From: Candidatus Obscuribacterales bacterium
Lineage (GTDB): Bacteria > Cyanobacteriota > Vampirovibrionia > Obscuribacterales > Obscuribacteraceae
Direction of reading: 5' to 3'
NCBI GenBank assembly: GCA_965228855.1
Contig: CBDDIJ010000003.1
Location: 2,816,001-2,880,000, forward strand
DNA: 64,000 nt
Shown piece after piece: positions 58,982 to 64,000 of this stretch. Made by a program: the position numbers and the translations under genes. Under the pieces are notes generated by a model. The model was not told the DNA's origin and did not search any database. It saw only the letters and a program-made list of their open reading frames with translations. Numbering within the stretch: position 1 is the stretch's first letter; the number at the start of each line of letters is the position of its first letter.

Positions 58982-60025
58982 CTAACCCATTCCGCAGGCG
59001 CCGCGTAAAGTCAGTTTTTTGACCTGCCACCAAACCAAATGGCCACAACCTGCGGATTGCGGATACAAGAGGCTGTCGTCTTCTGCGCCGACTAGCTCGA
59101 AGAAAACCAACTTTGCTTTATCCGCCAAAGAAGGCTTGTCGAGTCTCGTATACCAGAGCACAAGGTTACGATGCGCCATTCTGCGGTCTTGGTTATCAGA
59201 GGGAAAACGATCCAGCAATGCCACGGCTCTCAGCTTTAAATTTTGCGCCTTCTCAAACTCTTCCGCAGAGAATGGCTTGACGTGCGGCTGTGCCTGTGCC
59301 CATTCGTCCATGTCAGCGGGATTGTAAAACGGTATAACTACCTGAATGATATCGTTTGCCATCGCATTGAGAACAAGCGCGATAGCCTCTACTTCTTCCT
59401 CGCTGGGCGCTTGATTCTCCTCGCACGCCTTCGTCACTTTCTCTACATACTGCAAGCACTGTTGAGCGGAACCAACCTCGCCAACGCGCTGAAACATCCG
59501 TGCCGCAATATACATCAGCGCAATTTTTTTCGGATTCTCTGGCGCTTCATTCAACAAAGCAACGGCATCTTCGGTCGCTTTCAAACCGAGAGCCTTTCGC
59601 TCTTCAAATGAAAGTCTGCCTGGTTCAGCTTTTATTTTCTCTGAAAATTGGTAATTCTCTGAGTTGAATTGATCGGAGATATCTTTTACCCAAGTAGATA
59701 GACCGGTCGCATTTGCCCCACGCTGAGCCTTGGAGAGCACGAGCTTTGGTTCGACAGACGCTCTAGGGTACAGATTCTGGAGTTCAGTTAGACTCCAGCT
59801 ACCAAATGTTACGCGGTAAGCTAATTCAAGAAGATAGTAAGCTCGTCCTTGTGGCGAAATATCTTGTTGCTGTGAGATTCGCTGAATGACTGCATCTGGT
59901 TTATCCGTCGAACTCGCGGCTAAGGCTGGCGAAGGCGCACTGACTAGCGACGCTGCAAACAACACCGCCAGTGTCGCCATACTTCGATTGGATTTGCTAT
60001 CTGCCTTTTTCGTCGTCACTAGCAT
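58982..60025 (-). CDS. Exported helical hypothetical protein
   Basis: Signal peptide; helical body; C-terminal GCGHLVWW...ACGMG. Confidence 0.75.
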   Translation of the reverse strand: MLVTTKKADSKSNRSMATLAVLFAASLVSAPSPALAASSTDKPDAVIQRISQQQDISPQGRAYYLLELAYRVTFGSWSLTELQNLYPRASVEPKLVLSKAQRGANATGLSTWVKDISDQFNSENYQFSEKIKAEPGRLSFEERKALGLKATEDAVALLNEAPENPKKIALMYIAARMFQRVGEVGSAQQCLQYVEKVTKACEENQAPSEEEVEAIALVLNAMANDIIQVVIPFYNPADMDEWAQAQPHVKPFSAEEFEKAQNLKLRAVALLDRFPSDNQDRRMAHRNLVLWYTRLDKPSLADKAKLVFFELVGAEDDSLLYPQSAGCGHLVWWQVKKLTLRGACGMG

Positions 60026-60231
60026 GGCGGCTCATCTCTATTTGACTCGCTTCGCTCATCTTACTTCAAAGTCTCAAAAACTTCATCGACCAGAAACCTA
60101 CCGTTGCCATTTGACCCGCACGCCCGGTGCGCATGACCGTATTTCCACCATGGCTGGTCATCAGCTGTAACGATGCAGTCACGCTAAACCTCTAAAACAG
60201 AATTAGCTGTTTCCAGTATAGGTTTGAACCC

Positions 60232-61527
60232 ATGGGTTATGACAAAGTCGGTGCAGGTTCTGAAGGATTCGACGAACGGACGGCGCCGCTCTACGCCGGC
60301 GAAGCTCGCGAGAATCTGTCTCTGGATGCCGGGTTAGGGAAACCCGCCTCTGATGACTTATCGACTATGGCCTCCAAGTTCGGATTGAAAGTAAGGGAAA
60401 CCGCCGGGCAAGACGAGTTTTACTTTCGCGCCGACGGGAAAGACAACGTCGTGCTGAAGCTTCCTGCGCAGGAAACTACAACCAATCTCGCAGAACGACA
60501 GATTACAGAAGCCCTGCAGAATCGAGTCCACGAAATCGAAAACGACTACAAGGTGCAAATTGCGATGCCTGGCGAGCCTGTTGAGAAGCAAACAGTCAAA
60601 AAGGCTGACTGCTCAACAGAGCCCGGGGAAATGGTCTACGCCACGCAGCCGACATTCTCGGGGTTGTATGCGGTGAAGGAAGCAATGTCACGCTCGCAGC
60701 CAAGTCAGCTAACCGCGGACGGGAAGGATGGGATCAAGATCTACTTTCTCGATAAACAGATTTTGCCACAGCCGGTTTATGGAAACAAATATGCGCTCGG
60801 TCTGTACATTCCGCAGGACAAGGACCGGCACATCTCCATGTACATCACCCCGGACGGGGCGAAAGCACCTCCAACAGCCAAAGATGTTACCTCCGGCCTA
60901 GATCGGAATTTGCAGTGGATACTTACCCATGAGGCTACGCATAACAGTCAGGCGAACTCCTGGTCCACCACTTTTCCTTACCTGCCGAAGGGTTTGCCCG
61001 AGCAGTTCGGCTGGGAGACGATCAACCACATTGAGAAGGACGGCAAGGTTGTATTCGAAGCATATTTGCTCAATGGCAAGAATGGCGAATCTTACGTCAA
61101 TGTCCCGGCGTCCTGCGCAGAGGAGACAAAGTGGATCTCCGTAAAGGATGGAAAAGTGGTCGGCGAGGACGGAAAGCCCACTGACGATAAAGATAAGGTT
61201 AGACACTTCACCAACGAAGAAGTAATGGAAAGAGCAGCAGTCAAACCTATCAGCTATTACTTTCCCAACCCCAAGGAGATGCTGTCCGAGGCGCTCTCGG
61301 CATATCGCGGCGGGCAGGACATGCGGCGGTATCTCTACAGGGAGAGCCCGACTTTATACACTGCAACTAAGAACTATGACGATCAGGAAATCTCGCGCGT
61401 CTACGGGCTCGATAGCACCGGTCAAAGCCGTTTTCTGAGGACGCCGGACGGATTGCTTGCAAAGCGAGATCTTTCATCGGTCATGAATTTGCGCTCCTTC
61501 GAAGAAAGCCTCAAGAGCGAACGATAA
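60232..61527 (+). CDS. Zincin-like metallopeptidase (lethal-factor-like motif order)
   Basis: ILTHEATHNSQ; downstream SYYFPNPKEMLSEAL and SPTLY. Confidence 0.72.
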   Translation: MGYDKVGAGSEGFDERTAPLYAGEARENLSLDAGLGKPASDDLSTMASKFGLKVRETAGQDEFYFRADGKDNVVLKLPAQETTTNLAERQITEALQNRVHEIENDYKVQIAMPGEPVEKQTVKKADCSTEPGEMVYATQPTFSGLYAVKEAMSRSQPSQLTADGKDGIKIYFLDKQILPQPVYGNKYALGLYIPQDKDRHISMYITPDGAKAPPTAKDVTSGLDRNLQWILTHEATHNSQANSWSTTFPYLPKGLPEQFGWETINHIEKDGKVVFEAYLLNGKNGESYVNVPASCAEETKWISVKDGKVVGEDGKPTDDKDKVRHFTNEEVMERAAVKPISYYFPNPKEMLSEALSAYRGGQDMRRYLYRESPTLYTATKNYDDQEISRVYGLDSTGQSRFLRTPDGLLAKRDLSSVMNLRSFEESLKSER

Positions 61528-61670
61528 AAAATTCGTGATGGATGAATAATATAGAATGGTGGTCCCCTATAGACATTTCCTTCGGTGTAATTCCGAAGCG
61601 AATTCAGCAATGTACAATTCAGATCCGATAATTGCTAAAGTTTCCAAATCACTCAAGAGACAGAGAGTAG

Positions 61671-61880
61671 ATGTACCACTATCAAACTTTTAAAGGCGCA
61701 GACGCCGTAGAATTCTGTGAGACCAAACTGGAATTACCGGAAAACTTTGACATGAGCGCAGTAGTCAAAGTAGAAATCTACAGCGCCAGCCTGCCTGAGG
61801 ACCAAGAAGATTTCTGCGAGGCTCGCGTTATCGATGCAGAAGACGTAGTGCTTTGTGTGCGCCGCATGTATTCGTTTTAA
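61671..61880 (+). CDS. Small acidic hypothetical protein
   Basis: 69 aa, purine-rich leader, protein-like composition. Confidence 0.6.
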   Translation: MYHYQTFKGADAVEFCETKLELPENFDMSAVVKVEIYSASLPEDQEDFCEARVIDAEDVVLCVRRMYSF

Positions 61881-62039
61881 CTTGAGAGATCCTCAAAGTG
61901 CGAATCGACAAACGAAACAGGCTCTATGCTGATCCATCCGGAGAAGGTGTATTTAGAGCGCGCCTCCATAGGTGACGCACATTCTGAAACGAACAGAGCT
62001 TCCCTGCTCACGACTTAAACTTGTCACCGTATTCGGTGC

Positions 62040-62582
62040 TTAATTGTTGCTCTTGCCATTGGCGCGTCGCCACATGTCGATGAATTTGTCTACTCGTTTT
62101 AGGACGGCGTCTTGGATCTGCTCGCTCTTGCTCGACTCCAAAACTCCTACCGAGACATCGTCCCACATCGACACATCGACTTTGCGCGAATCTCTATCGG
62201 GCAAGTAGATCATCTGAGTCAGGTCGAGGTTGAGTGAGAAGTAGGTCTTACCGCCGTTTTTGAACGGGATGAATCTCACGACAAGCGACTTCACGTCTGT
62301 ATTGTTGAGGTACTCTTTGTCGCCGATTGCCTTCATGCCCGATGCAGTGATCTTTTGTTCTACGGCACTTGTGATGGCGCCTCTATCAACAATCATGCCG
62401 GTAACGGCAGGTACGCTGACATGAACTCCCTGGAGTCCTTCTAAAACAAATTGTCTCTCAGGTTCACCCTCCAAGGCCAGTGCTGGGGCTGCAGAGAAGG
62501 AGCTTATGAGCGCGCAGGTGGCTATCTGCAGAATGCGAGCCACTTTGTCCCGCTGTAGGGATTTTGCTGTTTTTCGAAACAT
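62040..62582 (-). CDS. Exported hypothetical protein
   Basis: GAGGAGGAG RBS; signal peptide ending ALA; LEGLQGVHV...VDKFIDMW. Confidence 0.8.
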   Translation of the reverse strand: MFRKTAKSLQRDKVARILQIATCALISSFSAAPALALEGEPERQFVLEGLQGVHVSVPAVTGMIVDRGAITSAVEQKITASGMKAIGDKEYLNNTDVKSLVVRFIPFKNGGKTYFSLNLDLTQMIYLPDRDSRKVDVSMWDDVSVGVLESSKSEQIQDAVLKRVDKFIDMWRRANGKSNN

Positions 62583-62610
62583 CGCTCCTCCTCGGTTGTA
62601 CTCATTTTGC

Positions 62611-62683
62611 TGGGTTGGGTTGGGATTGGGATTGGGATTGGGCTCTGGCTCTGGCTCTGGCTCCAGTCTGGCTTGGCTCTGGC
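62611..62683 (+). repeat. Short tandem repeats (GGGTT)2(GGGATT)3 then (GGCTCT)n
   Basis: Read directly; six GGG tracts at 62612-62642. Confidence 0.85.
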
Positions 62684-63035
62684 CAGGCGTGCCTCTGGCT
62701 CTGATGTTTCGCTCAGCAATTGGCGCAAACAGAAAGGATTATAGCAGCGCACTGTCGGGTGCCCGTGTCATTGCGGACCAGAGGCAAATGATTTCTTTGT
62801 CTTATCTTCTGTTAAGGTGGCTTTGTGAATCCGACACGCATAAAAGGACGTTTGTGAACGCCAGCTCGAACGCGCCGCGGGACGCCGCATTTTGGGAGAG
62901 ATTGAAGGGGGCGTCGCCCTTCGTTTCCATCGCCGGGAGCTCGAAAATGTAGCCTAAATGAAACGAATTCTCTAAAACGATGGCGAATTTTGCAGTACTC
63001 TTTTCGCCTGGATGTTCACTGGGGCAAGGTTACCA

Positions 63036-64000
63036 ATGAAAAAGAAACTCGGCTTTATCGTTTCACTTTCGACGGCGATAAGTTTTTCAATCAGTCCGGT
63101 TTTCGCGCAAGCACCGCAGGATTCCGATGACTCGCCGGTCTCCGCTTCGGTGAGCACTTCTCCTGCGCAAGGCTCGAACGCCGAAAGAGAGACAATCAGC
63201 TCTCAAACGAATTCAGTCAATCGAGCATCCAATTCAAAGAGTCGACCGAGAATCGGGCTCGCCTTAGGTGGTGGTGGCTCTCGTGGCGCTGCCCACGTTG
63301 GCGTGTTGAAGGTTCTATTGGAAGAGAAGATTCCAATCGACATGATCGCCGGCACCAGTATCGGTTCTGTCGTCGGAGGTTTCTACGCTGCCGGAGTGGC
63401 GGTCGATGATATCGCTGAAGTTTTCGTAAAGAACAAATTTACTAAAGAATTCACTCCCCTGCCGATTTTGACGCTCGCTCTTGAACCAACGCTTGTGGCA
63501 GCCAGGCTGGTAGGCTACAAGCCTTATGATGGTTTGTTTGACGGCAAGAAGTTCAGAAATTATGCCAACAAGTTGGCTGGCACTAAGAAGATTGAAGAGC
63601 TCAGCATTCCCTATGCCGCTGTGGTCACCGACGTGGTTACAGGCAAGAGCTGCAGGCTCAGTAATGGTGACCTGGGCCTGGCTATGCAAGCGAGCACCGC
63701 AGTGCCGGAGCTGAAGAGACCAGTTCAGATCGGCGATAAGCTCTATTGCGATGGTGGCTTGATCAATAACGTTCCCGTCAACCATGTCCGTGAGATGGGT
63801 GCCGACTTTGTCATTGCTGTCGATATCGACGAGAAGTTGAAAGATGTGCCGTTGGACAAATTCCGTGGGCTCGGGTCCATGGCGCGACAAGCACTTAGAA
63901 TCCAGCTGTCCACGTTCGACTTGCCGAATCAAAGAAATTCAGACGTGTTTATCAACCCGGATACAACCGGTATCAACCTCGTCTCCTTCAAGAAGAAGGA
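63036..64000 (+). CDS. Exported patatin-like phospholipase (runs off the window; absent from the ORF track)
   Basis: MKKKLGFIV signal; RPRIGLALGGGGSRGAAHVG, AGTSIG, CDGG. Confidence 0.93.
   Translation, partial: MKKKLGFIVSLSTAISFSISPVFAQAPQDSDDSPVSASVSTSPAQGSNAERETISSQTNSVNRASNSKSRPRIGLALGGGGSRGAAHVGVLKVLLEEKIPIDMIAGTSIGSVVGGFYAAGVAVDDIAEVFVKNKFTKEFTPLPILTLALEPTLVAARLVGYKPYDGLFDGKKFRNYANKLAGTKKIEELSIPYAAVVTDVVTGKSCRLSNGDLGLAMQASTAVPELKRPVQIGDKLYCDGGLINNVPVNHVREMGADFVIAVDIDEKLKDVPLDKFRGLGSMARQALRIQLSTFDLPNQRNSDVFINPDTTGINLVSFKKK

Noticed and set aside
62506..62952. ORF with GLGLGLGSGSGS repeats
   Set aside because: Translation of the hexamer repeats; overlaps the start of a better supported gene.
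63315..63932. 205-aa minus-strand ORF
   Set aside because: Antisense to the plus-strand patatin that runs off the window.

Overview
Bacterial chromosomal window. The gene families and style suggest Candidatus Melainabacteria/Obscuribacterales (non-photosynthetic cyanobacterial relatives); this is an inference. Left part (1-11.4 kb): etfA 3' end, an OmpR-type regulator, a WxcM-like sugar enzyme, a higBA module with two palindromic operators, an msrBA-ECF sigma-zinc anti-sigma operon, a Uma2 nuclease, an internally deleted tyrosine integrase and two degenerate cyclase (KynB-like) genes. Centre (11.6-37.3 kb): one intact 25.6-kb ORF (8541 aa) built like a giant multi-cargo toxin. In order it has an acidic N-terminus, HEAT-like repeats, YD/Asp-box beta repeats, helical repeats and a Gly/Ala/Met-rich hydrophobic (translocation-like) segment. 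It ends in a string of cargo modules: five HExxH-type zincin-like motifs, a papain-fold Tox-PL-like NCxxC-H-D module and a beta-solenoid, separated by recurring DLAMR(GD)/RPxEGD linkers. This MARTX-like architecture without RTX repeats is the best candidate for an undescribed system. Right part (37.3-64 kb): a decaying accessory region between two patatin paralogs. It holds IS256 and IS3 remnants, a TolC remnant, a frameshifted toxin tail with an orphan immunity-like gene, a nucleotidyltransferase pair and parDE with frameshifted parE. It also holds a duplicated alpha-carbonic anhydrase segment with a Fic cassette swapped into one copy, a Planctomycete-type gene pair, a GNAT-tipped and a zincin effector-like protein, a VHL-domain fusion and a G-quadruplex-type repeat. 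No rRNA, tRNA or CRISPR array was seen. All family assignments are by eye from motifs; no database search was run.
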